64,000 nt of DNA from Malacoraja senta (GCA_038087875.1 CM075996.1:9798001-9862000); one strand, 5' to 3'; counted from the first letter of the stretch, positions 48,271-61,712 are shown. The notes: generated from the letters alone by a model not told the origin. Made by a program: numbers and translations.

Positions 48271-48619
48271 CTGATGAGGTTTGGTGTGTTTGGAGAAGTG
48301 GGGTGGGCTAAATGTGAACACGAGGCACATAAAATCACAAGGAGGTAGACTGCAGAGAACATAGATTTAGTTCAAGAAGTGAGAGGTAGCCTTCTTCATC
48401 CAGAGAGTGGAGAGTATCTGGAATACACTGCATGACAGCGTGGTCACTGACAGTGCAGACGAGCACCTGATTCATTTAGGCAGTGAAAGCTATGGGCCAA
48501 GTGCTGGAAGATGAGATTAACGTGGGTTAGAGCCCACTGGTTGGCATGTACATAGTGGGTCGAATGTTTACATGCTTAATGTAAATACTCTATTAATGTT
48601 TAATACTCTATTATCAATC

Positions 48620-49370
48620 ATGCCTTTCTCCCAACTGGCTTCACTGGGCACGTCAACCAGGCTAGCTTGAAGACATTTCTACAACATCAGGCGACTCAAC
48701 ACACTTGACCACTGTTATACCATCATCAGGAACGCCTACCACTACATTCCCTGTCTGCACTTTGAAAAATCTGATTACCTGGATATGATGTTTTTTCTTC
48801 CTCTCTAGAGACAGAGATAGAAGAGCATGAAAGACTACGAAGAGTTGGTCAGAGAAGCGGTTATGGGACCTCCTCAAACCAGGGAACTGGGCCATGTTCA
48901 GGGTTTCGTCAGAGCACCTTAATGAATATCCCACAGTCTTCACAAAAAGTGCATGGTCAAATGTGTAGCTCCCAAACTATTTTGGGTCTTCTCCAGCTAG
49001 AAGGCCTGGATGAACCAGGTTTGCAATCTGCCCAAGGCTGAATGTGGCATTTAGGACTGCTGATTCAGAATCATTCAAGATGTCTAGATATGACCTCCTG
49101 AAGGTCATCGCAAGTGGGAAAAGTCAACTCCAGAGTAAACTGGAGTCATAGATGGAAGCTCGACAGCTTTGGCACACGATAACTTACATAACAAAACCAA
49201 GTAGCATAACTGACAACATATCACTTCCAGATGAGCACAATGCCTTTCCACACCAGAGGACCTAACACACTCAACCACTTTGAAAGGAAGAACAATGACA
49301 CACCAACACAAACCCCACAGTCCCTGATAACTGTGTTGCGAGGGTGAATCCATGCAAAACCTTCAGATCT
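48620..49370 (+). pseudogene. Decayed Rex-Babar endonuclease/linker fragment
   Basis: NTLDHCYTIIRNAYHYIPCLHFEKSD resembles the APE-terminal TLDHCY...GKSDH motif. Confidence 0.6.
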
Positions 49371-52300
49371 GGCTGAGTAAGGATGGAAAAACAAAGAAAG
49401 CCTGGATGAAACAAAGGAAAATCCCAAGACTTGTTATAACTACATTAAGGGCAAAAGATTAATCAGGGATAGGTTGGGACCCACTAGGGACCAAAGAATC
49501 GATCTGTTTAAGGAGACAGTTTACAATACCTGTATTCACAAAGGTGAAAGACACTGGAAATGAAGATTTCATTTGGGAAGGTGAAATTCCAGCGCATATT
49601 AATATTAAAAAGTATAAAGTGACTTAGCAGGCAGGTAAATAACTCCCCAGAGACTGATGTGTTCCAAATCTGTTGAGGAAGACTAAGGAGATTACCGGAG
49701 CCCTGCTGGCCTCAGATAAAGTGCCAGATGGCTGGATGACAGTGAAGATAAACCGGCCGGTTTATCAGTACTAATGGTGGTGTAGCAGAAGAGTTGCTGC
49801 CTTACAAAGCCAGGGACCCGGGTTTGATCCTGACCATGGGTGCTTGTTCAGAGCTTTACCCCGTGACCTGCGTGGGTTTTCTCCGAGATCTTCAGTTTCC
49901 TCCCACACGCTAAAGATGTAGAGGGGTATGTAGGTTAATTGACTTGGTTTAATGTAAAAATTGTGTCTAGTGTATGTAGGATAGTGTGTTAGTGTGCGGG
50001 GATTGTTGGTCGTTGTGGACTCGGTGGGCCGAAGGGCCTGTTTCCACGCTATATCTCTAAACTAAACTAAAATTGGTGGTAGAAATATTATTCAAAAAAT
50101 TCTGAGTGACAGTATTAAGCTACAGGTAGACACAGAAAGCTGGAGTAACTCAGCGGGACAGGCAGCATCTCCGGGGAGAAGGAATGGGTGACATTTCGGG
50201 TCGAGAGCCTTCTTCAGACTGGTCAGGGCTAATTATTATGTAATAATCGACACTTGGAAAGGCAGCAATAGTCCTGATCAGTTTTGATAATGGTGGATCT
50301 TGTTTGATTAATTGACTTTTTATGAAGTGACATATTGATGAGTACAGTGCAGTTGATGCGGTTTGCATGGTTTCCTACCACAAGGAAGATCAGTGTAAAA
50401 GGTTAGAATGATGGGATCCAAGGTAAATTGAAAATTGGATCCAAAATTAGCCTTGTAATAGGAGGCAGCGTGTGTTAATGGAAGGTTGTTTTTTCTGATT
50501 GGAAATCTGGGACCAGCTGTGTATCACAGCGATTAGTGCTGGGCCCCTCACTGTTTAGTGTCATAGAGGTAGACAGCATGGAAACAGGTCCTAAGGCCCA
50601 ACTTTACACGGCGACTAGGTTGCTTAGGCAAGCTAGTTAATCCTGTAAAAAAAACATAATGCTACTATACCAACCACTCTCACGCTAGTGGTCCCAGTTG
50701 GAATATACACTGCATTACATTGCCTGGTTGGTTTGTTACATAATGAGTAGTTATGAGATGAGACAAGTAAGTTTACAGACAGCATGAAAATCGGTGTTAT
50801 TGCTAGCGAGGAGGATAGACTTTGGCTACGGGTTGATGGAGTTTGATCCTGTTGTGAGATGCGGTGTTTTGGGAGGGTCTAGTAAGGGTAGGATATACTG
50901 CATGAATGGTAGGGCTCCATGGAGAATTTGGGAAGCAAAAGGGCCTCGGTTACTCCCAAAGGTGGCAGCACAGGTAGGTGGGTTGGTGAAGGGGGCGTTA
51001 TGGGGCACAGAGTACGAGTGATGGTGGGACTTAGTATAACTTTATAAAACACTGGTTAGGCTATAGTTGGAATACCACATTGTAGTTGCCACGTTGTAGT
51101 TAGGAGAAGCTGGCACTGAAGGGAGTGCAGAGGAAATTCATCAGGATGTTGCCTGGGCTGTTACGAGGAGAGACAAGAAGGGCTGGGTCTGTTTTGCTTG
51201 GAGCAGAGGGGGGGGGGGGGATCTGATAGAGGGATAAAAAAAAGTACAAGGGGCAGAGATAGGGTGAACAGTAAGAAACATTGCCCAATGACAGAGGTTT
51301 ATGGTGAAGAGGGGATCTGAAGATAAACCTTTATCATGCAGAGGGGGTGCTGAAGTCTAGATCACACTGCCTGACAGTGATGGGCACAGACACTCTTACC
51401 AAAATGCTAGAAGCAACTAGACAAGCATTTGTGCCAGCAAAGCATGGCAGCTCCAGACCAACTGCTGGTAAATGGGGTTAGTATATATGGGTACTTGATG
51501 GTTGGACATTTTGCGCTGAAGGCCTGTCACGGTGCTGTATTACTCTAAGAACACAACATTTACAGAATTCAATTTTTAACCAAGCAAAACCTATGACTTG
51601 CAATGTGAATTTTTTCTTCTGCTGTTCAAAGAAAATTATCTCTGTGAAAAGCTTGTTGGATTTTATATAGATAATCCCAATACAAATTCTGGTGGTACCA
51701 AATGAGCTGAAGAAAATGCATGTCAAATATTGCAGGCCATACTAGGGAAATAAATATTGATTAAAGTCCTAATGATGTCTATAAACAGCAGTTGACTGCC
51801 TTCCACTTGACTTGGAGTGCTTTGCTGTTAAAATCTGTGATTATTTTTTTGCTTTGGGTCGTGAATATTCTAAACTTCCATTTCTAGACAATCTGTTGTG
51901 GATATTTTACAAGCTGAAGGCATATTTCCTATTACATTACATATTCCTATTCCTTGCATTATTATAAGTGGCTAAGCTATTGAAAAGCATCTATCATGTC
52001 CTTTCCGACAAACTGATGTTTCTATTGTTGTTAACTATAGATCTTCCAAAAGACATGAAGGCTACTGAGAAAAATAAATTGTCAGTGACTCATGTTGCAC
52101 GATATTCCACGATAATACTCAGTGAAGACGTTCAGACATTCACACCTGACACAAAGACACTCTGCAGAGTTTGGTCGAGGATGGGGAGAGACAAGCAGGG
52201 AAATTCTAGAACGCGGTCAAGATTTTTTTGTCAACACTGAATCTCTAGAAACCTGTCCATAAGAGTACAGAACAGCTTGAGTGGGCTTTGCTGTCAAACA

Positions 52301-53413
52301 TGCTTTTTCACTGTACCTCAGTACATGTGACAATAAACTAAACTGATCATACCAGGGTGGAAGGACATGTTAATGAAGGTTGGGTGATAGAAGTGGTTCA
52401 CCTGGACTTCAGCAAGGCATTTGACAAGTTCATATGTAGTAGGTTGGTACCAAAGGTTAAGGCAGAAGGGATCCAAGGTGTATTTCAGAATCGGCGTGGT
52501 GATAGGAGGCAACGGATACTGATGGATTTCTGTAACATGGCATACCACGGGGATTGGTGCTGGGGTCAAACGTAGAGGATGTAATTAGTTAGGTTGCTAT
52601 GCAGGGTCTCAATGTCAAATGTTAACCATAGATCTGTCTCTAGAGATGCTGCCTGACCCAGAGTTCCTTCAGTAGTTTGTTTTAATTAGTAAGTTTCCTG
52701 ACGTTCCAAAAAAAGTCGGTGGAGCCATAAAGAACAAATGCTATCCAAGGACACAATGGACATCGATCAAATATTGGAAGGACATAAAAGGCCTTTAAGG
52801 TGAAGAGGGAAAGATTTAATAGGAATCTGAGGGGTAACGTTTTCACACAAAGGGTGGTGGGTGCATAGAACAAGCTACTAGGGGAGGTAGTTGAGGCTGG
52901 GACTACCCAAACGTTTAAGAAACAGTTAGATAGGTACATGGATGGGACAGGTTTGGAGGGATATGGGCCAAACGCAGGCAGGTAGGACTAGTGTAGCTGG
53001 GACACGTTGGCTGGTGTGAGCAAGTTGGGCCAAAGAGCCTGCTTCCACGCTGTATCACTCTATGACTCTAACCTAAATAGCAGGAACCCGAGGAGCAATG
53101 AGGCAGAGCCCTTGGAGTGCAAGTCCATAGCTCCTGAAAGAGATCACACAGGTGGATGGGTGGTGAAGGCACCATTTGGTATATGAGCCCGCATAACCTG
53201 GGGCATTGAATACAGGAGTTGGGATGTCATGTTGCAGCTGTACAAAACATTGGTTGGACTGCACTTGTGTACAGTCCTGGTGCCATACTAATGGAAGGAA
53301 GTGGTACCAATAGTGAGCATATAAAAGAGATGTCTGGAATGGAGCGTTGGAGTTATTGGAAGTTACCAGGAGAGATAGGATAGACTGTGCTTACTCCCAT
53401 TGGAATGTTGAGG

Positions 53414-54113
53414 TACATTTTTTTTTTTTAATTTTATTTATTAGAAGTACATTACATTACAACCAATTACACTAGTACTCATCACATATATCTTATTACA
53501 ATTAATGTACTCCATTTATTTTCTACACTAATAAAGGGAAAGGATAAGATTGAGAAAAAGAAGAAAGTGAAGGAAAAAAGTGAAGGTGTAAAGAACGTGA
53601 CAACAACAAAAACAAAAACAAAAACAAAAGACAAAGACCCTATAAGAAAGAAATTAAACACCAAAGGAAAGATGTTAAGAAATAGACCCTAAAAAAGAAG
53701 AAAAAAGAGAAAGAGGGAAAAGAGAAAAACTGATATTTTTTTTGTAAGCATCACGCAAATGGGACATACCAACTCTCCAGCTTTCATCCCCCCTTACCTG
53801 ACCTCAGTTTTTTTTTTTTTTAATTTAATTTTTTTTAAATTTTAATTTAAATTTTTTTTTTGTTGTACTTTTGCACCCTATATTTGTCTTTTTGTCTTTT
53901 GGACCAATTTGTATTTTGGGACCCCGTTGAGGTCCAAACGAAATGTCATTTGTAATAATATACTTGTAATAATTTATAAAAGTAATAATAATATACTTGT
54001 AATAATTTATAAATGCAGACCACGTCAGGTGGAAGTGATCTGGTTTACCTGCCAGGAGGAGTCTTATCTCTTCTAGGTGTAATGTTTCGAACATATTTGA
54101 AAAGAAAAAAAAA
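53414..54113 (-). mobile_element. L1-clade 3' fragment with poly(A) and 12-bp TSD
   Basis: Poly-T at about 53418; minus-strand SNMFETLHLEEIRLLLAGKPDHFHLTWSAF; TSD GGAATGTTGAGG (53402-53413, 54114-54125). Confidence 0.75.
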
Positions 54114-54359
54114 GGAATGTTGAGGGGTGATATTGTAGGGGTTTTATAACACTATGAAGGGCACAGAAAGGATAGATAGACATTTTTTTTCCTCGTGGCA
54201 GCTGAGTGTATAACTAGAACGAACAGATATTAAATAAGAGGGGAGAAATTCAAACTTAGGAGCAAGCTATTTATGCAGAGAGAGTGAATATCTGGAATGA
54301 ACTGCTACTGGAGGTGGTACAGACATTTACCATCACAGTTAAAAAAGTGTTTACTTAGA

Positions 54360-54510
54360 TAATAATAATAATAATAATAATAATCATTTTATTTACTGGC
54401 GCCTTTCTAAAACCAAGGACACCTTACAATGCATAGAATCACAACAAAACAAAAAACACATAATCGGAATAAATTAAATAAGAAAACACCACAGTACACA
54501 AATCAAGGCA
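54360..54510 (-). mobile_element. L2-type 3' tail fragment
   Basis: (AAT)n followed by CATTTTATTTACTGGCGCCTTTC, same layout as the L2 end at 8043. Confidence 0.65.
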
Positions 54511-55390
54511 TCAAAGGATCCAGGCACAATGCGGCTAAATAGAATTAGTGTAGATAGGCGTCAGAGTGGACATGGACGAGGGAGGTCAGAAGGCCTATTT
54601 CCATGCTGTACGATTCTATGACTATATTAAGCAGCCTTATCAATTGTCAAACAAGAATAACCACTGTAGGTTTAAGACATGAGAATTGTCTTTTTGATGA
54701 ATGGAAAAATCTAAAAGCAATAATCTTCCAACCGATGCTTGATAGAATATATGTGAAGTACCAGTTTCTATAAGGTGGTGCAATGGTTTTCAGGAGATGA
54801 ATATAAATGAGATGGGTTGCTCAGATCTGGCAGGGCCACTTGAGTTCATATTACATCTGCCTGGCAGCACAGCCCTCACTGAATGTCTTTTCAATAATGA
54901 GCACAGTTTGATCACCTCTAGTTACATCTGACTGTTTCTACAATGACAACTATTTTGTTGTGTGGGTTGACCTTGATTATGATGCCTTCTTTAATAAACT
55001 GTTGAAAGCCAAATGAACTTTACAAAAGATACCATCAAAATGTAACCCACAGGAAATATTGCACAGCAGACAGCTCAACGACTGGAGGGCAGGCCCTTTA
55101 AAAGGGCAGAAACTGCTTCATTGTAAGTATTGCTGTGTTTCAATTAATTTTAATCTTATAATTAATAGCAGAGCCTTATTTTCTTTTTTGTTTTAATGGT
55201 GGATGGAAGGTGTGGTTCATTGCTGTTTTTCAATAATTTCACAGTGTGTATAGGATAGCGTCAGTGTGCGGGATCGCTGGTCGGCGCGGACTCGGTAGGC
55301 CGAAGAGCCTGTTTTCCACACTGTATCTCCAAACTAAACTAAATGTGTAGGAGCCGCAAGTTGGGATGGGGACATAGAGATTCATTGGAT

Positions 55391-55484
55391 GTACACAAAA
55401 ATGCTGGAGAAACTCAGCGGGTGCAGCAGCATCCATGGAGCGAAGGAAATAGGCAACGTTTCGGGCCGAAACCCTTCTTCAGAC
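55391..55484 (-). mobile_element. Penelope pLTR-derived ~95-bp unit
   Basis: Direct repeat AGATTCATTGGATGT (55378-55392, 55490-55504). Confidence 0.85.
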
Positions 55485-56284
55485 TCCTTAGATTCATTGG
55501 ATGTTCAGTCGGGAAGTTCTTTGTAGGTTTTCAGAAGTTGGTGTTCTCTCCTATTCTAAGACAACGGACAAACTGTCACTTGTTTTTAACTGGAACACAA
55601 GCGGCAGCAATCTGGAGCAAAAAAACAAGCTGCTGGAGTAACTAAGTGAGTCAGGCAGTATTTATGATGGAAATGGACTGTCAACAGTTTGGGTCATCTG
55701 GGCCTAAAGAGTAAAGGGAGTTGGCTGTCTTGATGCTGTCTATCTCCCCCTTATTTTATCAACCTCATTGAAAATTTGGAATAGGCACTTGACCTCAACA
55801 GCTTTTTGGGCAGAACATCCCAAATTCCCTCTACTTTTGCAAGGAGAGAACCAGTTTGTGACACCAGCCTGATGGCCTTGCTATAGTTTTACAGTTACAT
55901 CCCCCCGTGATCTGGATCCCACCTCATCCAGCGCAAAGTCAAAGAGAGATATAGCACAGAAATAGGGCAGAAAAAGGCACAACATGCTGGAATAACTCAG
56001 CGGGTCAGGCAGCATCTCTGGAGAATGTGGATAGGTGTAATTTGGACTCGAGGAAGGATCCTGACCTGAAATGTCTCCTAACCATGTTCTCCAGAATTGC
56101 TGCCTGACCTGCTGTGTTACTCCAGAATTTTCTGTCTATTTTTGTAAACCAACTTTTACAGTTCCTTGTTTCTACAGAAATAAGCTATTTGGCTGAATTC
56201 ACGATGAACATCAGGCACCCTGGAATGAACTGCTACTGGAGGTGGTAAAGGCATTTGCCATCACAGTTAAAAAGTGTTTACTTA

Positions 56285-56549
56285 AGGGCCTGTCCCACCA
56301 GCATGCGGTAGCATGCGTCTCGCGCGACCAAACGTGATGACGTCACCGCCCGACGCCGTGCGACGTCCAAATTCAGTCAGCCCGCCTCCTGCCCAGCTGA
56401 TTGGTGAGTATGATGTCGGGACCAGCCCCGCACAACTCCAGACGCCTCCGCGGTTGGAAGTGGGACCGGCCCCGCGAGGCCGTACGCCTCAAGCCACCAC
56501 ATTTGGTCGCGCTAGACGCATGCAATCGCATGCTGGTGGGACAGGCCCT
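56285..56549. mobile_element. PIF/Harbinger-type MITE
   Basis: ~50-bp TIR AGGGCCTGTCCCACCAGCATGCG...; TSD TTA (56282-56284, 56550-56552). Confidence 0.92.
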
Positions 56550-56879
56550 TTAGATAGGGAAGACTTCAAAGGATCCAGGCACAATGCGACTAAATTGAAT
56601 TAGTGTAGATAGGCGTCAGAGTGGACAGGGACAAGCGAGGCCAGAAGGGTTATTTTTGATGGATTATTTTATTTTACAATAACCTGACCCTAAATTGTTC
56701 CCAACTGTTCCATCAACCTTCCATCCTGCACTTCCTTAGTGGGAGGAAACTGAACACTCAGAAGACACTCACAGTCATGGGCGGAGCATGCAATTTCCAC
56801 ACCGTCAACACCAGAGATCAGGACCCAACCTGGGTCTCTAGAAGCAGCTGTGTCTCCTCTATCAAAATATTTTAAGAAA

Positions 56880-58110
56880 ATGCAACATCTATAATCAAGA
56901 AATTGCAGAGCTGTGAGTGTAGCCCAGCCCATCACACAGACCAGACACCTCACCGATTCCACCTACACTTCAAGCTGCCTCAGGAAAGCAGCCAACATAA
57001 TCAGAGCCCTTTCCACCCCAGCCATTCCTCCTTCTCCCGACTCCCAACCGGCAGATTATACAGAAGCTTGAAAGCATACATCACGAGACACAGCTTCTTC
57101 CCCTCTGCAATCAGTCTTCTGAATGGTCCTCCCATAAGCTAGGGTACAGTTTGATTCACCTCTACCCCATTGTGGACATTTGACTTTGTGTCTGGAGCTA
57201 TTGCATTACAATTCTGAGAACTATATTCTGCAGACTGTATTTTTCCCCCTCGCTCTACCTATTGCACTTAAATTTGACTTGATTGTATTTATGTATGGTA
57301 TCCGATTTGATTGAATATCATGTAACACAAACCTTTTCACTGTACCTCAGTACAGATGGCAATAAGAAACCTGCATCCTTCCATCCTCATAGGGGCCTGC
57401 AACTGGGCTTGTGCAAGTTTCATCACTTTTACCAACTTTGCCACCAGCTTACACGCTGCCCTCAAATTCCCCTCACCCTCTCTGCCACTTCTCATTCTTC
57501 CCCAGATCTGTGTAACTCTGCACCTCAGGAGACACACTGGCCACAGACATCTTTTATAAACCATAGCCAATTCAGTTATACCTCCTGATAACCTGTCTCC
57601 TGTAAGGATGCTACCCCTTTTCTCAATTTCTGTCCCTGCCACATCTACACTCACGAAGGGGCTTCTGCTCCTGAGACTTTGGGAAAAAATGGCTTCCCCT
57701 CTGTCCCAGATGATGGAGCCCTCACACACATTTCCTCCATTTTCTACACATCTGCTCTGACCACACTCCTCTCCCCAGAAAGAGCAGCAATATAGTTCCC
57801 TTGGTCCTTACCTTTCAGCCCACCAGCCTCCACGTCCAACACATCCTCCTCCACCATTTCCACCAGCTGCAACAGATGGAATAGACCATAGGTGCAGGGG
57901 TAGGCCATTCAGCCCTTCGAGCCAGCACCGCCATTCAATATGATCATGGCTGATCATCCACAATCAGTACCCCGTTCCTGCCTTCTCCCCATATCCCCTG
58001 ACTCCGCAATCTTTAAGAGCTCTATCTAACTCTCTCTTGAAAGCATCCAGAGAATTGGCCTCCACTGCCTTCTGAGGCAGAGAATTCCACAGATTCACAA
58101 CTCTCTGGGT
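56880..58110. mobile_element. Rex-Babar 3' end (+), Penelope RT fragment (+, 57370-57870), CR1 3' end (-, 57885-58110)
   Basis: HPSHSSFSRLPTGRLYRSLKA...SFFPSAISLLN; FITFTNF...HAALKF. Confidence 0.72.
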
Positions 58111-58681
58111 GATGCCTCTGCAGGTTGTATCTTCCCCTCTCATCTATTTCTCTTCACCACCGGGACCACACTCTGGATAACTCCGTCAAATCTCTCCACC
58201 CATCCCGCCCCCTCTCCTCCCCACTCATCCTGTCCCCTCTCCTCTCCACCTATCCCATCCTTATCCTCTCCTCCTATCCCATTCCCCTCTTCAATCCACG
58301 CATCACATCCTCCCTTCTCTCCACCCATCCCCTCTACAGACGCACCTGTCCCTGCACGTCCTCTCCTGGGATTTAAACAGGTGAGGCTGGGGCTCACCTG
58401 CCCTCCCCCACATGCCTTCATCTGCCCATCACCCGCAGCCCCATCGGCCCAAACACACACATGGAGGAAAAACAGTGGTGATCTCTCCTGCTCACTCACT
58501 TACAATGCTGCAGCCGGCTCTCGACCTGAGAGATCCATTGACGTCCCCTCTCACCTGTATAGACGCTGCTCGACGAGCTGAGCCGGCGGTTGGGATGCCA
58601 TGGCCTCCCCATCCCTGGCCGGCCCGGTGAGGGCAGCGGGTGCTCAAGGACGAGAGATCCCGGCCTGGCATTCGACGTCGA

Positions 58682-59222
58682 CGGACTGAGTGGAGGTGTT
58701 CAGCTAAACGCTTGCTGAGCCTGCGCTCGGTCTTGCCGATGTAGAGAAGTTGACACCTGGAACAGTGGATACAGTAGATGAGGTTGGAGGATGTGCAAGT
58801 GAACCTCTGCCTCACCTGGAAAGACTGTTTGGGACCTTGCATGGAGTCGAGGGGGGAGGTAAAGGGACAGGTGTTGCATCTCCTGCAGTTGCAGGGGAAA
58901 GTACCTGGGGAGGGGGTGGTTTGGGTGGGAAGGGACGAGTTGGCTCGGGAGCTTCGGAGGGAACGGACTCTGCGGAAAGCAGAAAGGGGAGGAGATTGGA
59001 AGATGTGGTCAGTAGTGGTATCCTGCTGGAGGTGGCGAAAATGTTGGAGGATTATATGCTGTATGCGACGGCTGATGGAGTGGAAGGTGAGGACAATGGA
59101 GAATCTGTCCTTGTTACGAATGGGGGAAGGGGGAGTAAGAGTGGAGCTGTGGGATATCGAGGAGACACAAGTGAGAGCCTCATCTATAATGGAAGAGGGG
59201 ATCCCCCGTTTCCTAAAGAATT
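58682..59222 (-). pseudogene. Penelope-like ORF fragment incl. GIY-YIG endonuclease N-terminus
   Basis: QGPKQSFQVRQRFTCTSSNLIYCIHCSRCQLLYIGKTERRLSKRLAEHLHSVR; Cys-rich linker upstream. Confidence 0.85.
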
Positions 59223-59229
59223 TCGGAAT

Positions 59230-60018
59230 GTCTGTCTATTTCGGAAGCGTCGATATATGTGTATATATGTATAATGTATACATTATAGTTCTCCAAAACT
59301 TTAAAATCTTTCCCCTGCACGGGAGACCCGACCATTTCTTTGTCGGGTCTCCGTTTGTCGTTGGGGCTGGGCAACGTGGAGCGGCCTCCAGCAGGAACGA
59401 CCTGGGGCTCCAGTTGTGGAGCTGCGGACTACTCACCATCACGGGGCTGGCCGAGTCCGGAGCGGGTGGAGCTGTGGTGGAGACAATCGCTGCTGCTACC
59501 CGACCCCGGAGATTCGGAGGCTACAACCGTGGGTCTGGCGGACGGCAACACCGGAACCCCGCGGGTCCCTGGTGGGAGACCGCTTTTCGGGGCTTCCGCA
59601 GCGGCGACTTCTCCCGCCCGAGTTGCGGGGTTGAAGAGCACCTGGAGCGGGGCTTTACATCGTCGCCCCGCGCGGCTTGGAATGGCCGCCGGAATTTGCG
59701 AGCACGCGCCGGGGCTCTAACACCAAGACCCGGTGCGCGACCTTGCATTAACCGGCGTGGCTTTAATGGCCGTGGGATAATCACCATCGCCCACCGGGGG
59801 CTTTGACTTTGACTCTGACATCGGGGGGGGGAGTGCAGTGGAGAGATACGTTTTTTTTGCCTTCCATCACAGCGCTGTGATGGATGTATGTGTAAATTGT
59901 GTTGTGTCTCGGGTCTTCTTCGTTTTGTAATGTATGGCTGCAGAAACGACATTTCGTTTGGACCTCAACGGGGTCCAAATGACAAATTTGTCCAAAAGAC
60001 AAATAAAATTGTATTGTA
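59230..60018 (+). mobile_element. GC-rich non-autonomous retroposon with Rex-Babar-like tail
   Basis: Homologue of 18217-19057; 3' stem-loop TTTGGACCTC-AACG-GGGTCCAAA, then AAATAAA and an (ATTGT)n tail. Confidence 0.6.
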
Positions 60019-61112
60019 ATGCAGACATAAAATGCTGGAGTAGCTCTGCAGGTGAGGCAGCATCTCTGGAAAAAAGGAATGGGCAACGTTTCGGGTCGAT
60101 ACCCTTCTTCAGACTGATTAAATGTTTAAGAGGGAACGTGAGAGGCGGGAGATCCAGGCAGCTGCCAGGTAAAGTGGGGGTTGCCATCGATGAACATGGC
60201 GTGGAGTCGCCGCCGCCGCTGGGCGCAACTGTGCGGACTGACGGTGAGCAGCCGGTGGCCGGCTGTTATTCCAGTGATGGGCCTGGTCAGACCCGGGCAC
60301 CGCCTGCATCAGTAGGACCTGGTGGCTGTAGGGAGACATGGCTGCCCAGGTGAGCAAGTTGTGGTGGGAACATCAATTCCCAACGAGAACCGAGCTGACG
60401 ACAGGAGAGCGGGCATCCGGCCCGTCCAGAGTATGTATGAATGAATGAATACGTTTATTGGCCAAGTATTCACATACAAGGAATTTGCCTTGGTGCTCAG
60501 CCCGCAAGTGACAACATGACATACAGTGACGGTTAGGAATGACGCATAAAACATTAAACATTAATAATAAAACAATATAGATTAAACATGTGAATTAAAT
60601 AAAATACCAGAGCAAAAGGAGGCTACAGATTTTTGGTTATTGAGTAGAGCTACTACTCGTGGAAAAAAACTGGATTGGCAACTGGCCGCCATATAATGAA
60701 GAATGTTTGTAAGTAAGTCCCGCCCTAATTGAGTACCCCAGGATTTGGTCCTTGGCTCTACAATTGTTCCCTGCCCTCACCGGTTCGGCCAGGGATGGGG
60801 AGGCCGAGGACGTGGCATTCCAACCGCCGGCTCAGCTCATCAAGCAGCATCTGTGTAGGCGAGACCTGGAATGGAGAATGGATTACAAGGTTCTCCAAAA
60901 TGTGTCGGAAGGAACTGCAGATGTTGGTCCAGTTGAACACCAATACATCCCTCATTACACCTGATCTAACTGCTGATAACTAGCACAATTTGACACTAAA
61001 GGTGAAATGAACTTGTTGATGAAACTATTGTGATTTTCCTCATGTGATTTTGCAGTGTTGGCAAATGAAACCTTGGCTTCCACATTATTAATTAAATCCA
61101 AATTATTTTTAT

Positions 61113-61327
61113 AGTGTAGGAAGGAATGGCAGATGCTGGTTTACACTGAAGATAGACACAAAATACGGGGCAGGCAGTAAATCAGCGGGACAGACAGCAT
61201 CTCCGGAGAAAAGGAATAGGTGACATTTAGGGTCTGAAGAAGGGTCTTGACCCGAAACGTCACCTATTCCTTTTCTTCAAAGATGCTGTCTGACCCGCTG
61301 AGTTGCTCCATCATTTTGTTTCTATCT
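61113..61327. mobile_element. Head-to-head inverted Penelope pLTR pair
   Basis: 61150-61234 is the approximate reverse complement of 61249-61327, centred on CTGAAGAAGGGTCTTGACCCGAAACGTC. Confidence 0.8.
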
Positions 61328-61712
61328 ACAATGTTCTCCAAGTTTGTAAATGATCGTAAAATGGATGGAAGGACATGCAGAGATGAGGACACTGTGGTTC
61401 TACAGGAGGGAGTACGTAGATTGAATCAATGGGCCAAACAGATGGAATTGAAGGTGGGTTTGTGTGAGGTCATGTACTTGGGTATGAGGAACCAAGGGTT
61501 GGTTATTATCTGAATGGAGACTGACTGTATATAAGTGAAGTTTAGAGGGATCTAGCTGTTCCTGTGCAGGGATTACAAATAGTTATCAGGCAGGTGTTAC
61601 ACAAGACAAACAACACAACATGCAGGAGTAACTCAGTGGATCAAGCAGCATCTGTGGAGGGAAATGTACACATGCTGTTTTGTGTTGGTGCCCTTATTCA
61701 GACTCCATCTTA

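Larger units (their letters stand above)
49400..54625 (+). mobile_element. Old fragmented CR1 ORF2 relics with nested SINE (49776-50070), pLTR (50125-50220), CR1 tail (52790-53070) and L1 inserts
   Basis: KENPK...YIKGKR, HLDFSKAFDK, LYKTLV.L.LEY and VQRKFIRMLPGL motifs in scattered frames; includes an unannotated gap at about 51550-52280. Confidence 0.6.

Noticed and set aside
52045..52240. Possible terminal coding exon after TTGTTGTTAACTATAG
   Set aside because: The acceptor is plausible but the peptide is unrecognised and no partner exons were found; needs RNA-seq or homology.
58778..59806. 342-aa plus-strand ORF
   Set aside because: Antisense of a Penelope fragment fused to a GC-rich repeat; no recognisable domain.
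60670..60730. Promoter-like motifs (ATTGG, GCCGCCAT, CCCGCCC)
   Set aside because: Short motifs among repeat fragments with no downstream gene evidence.
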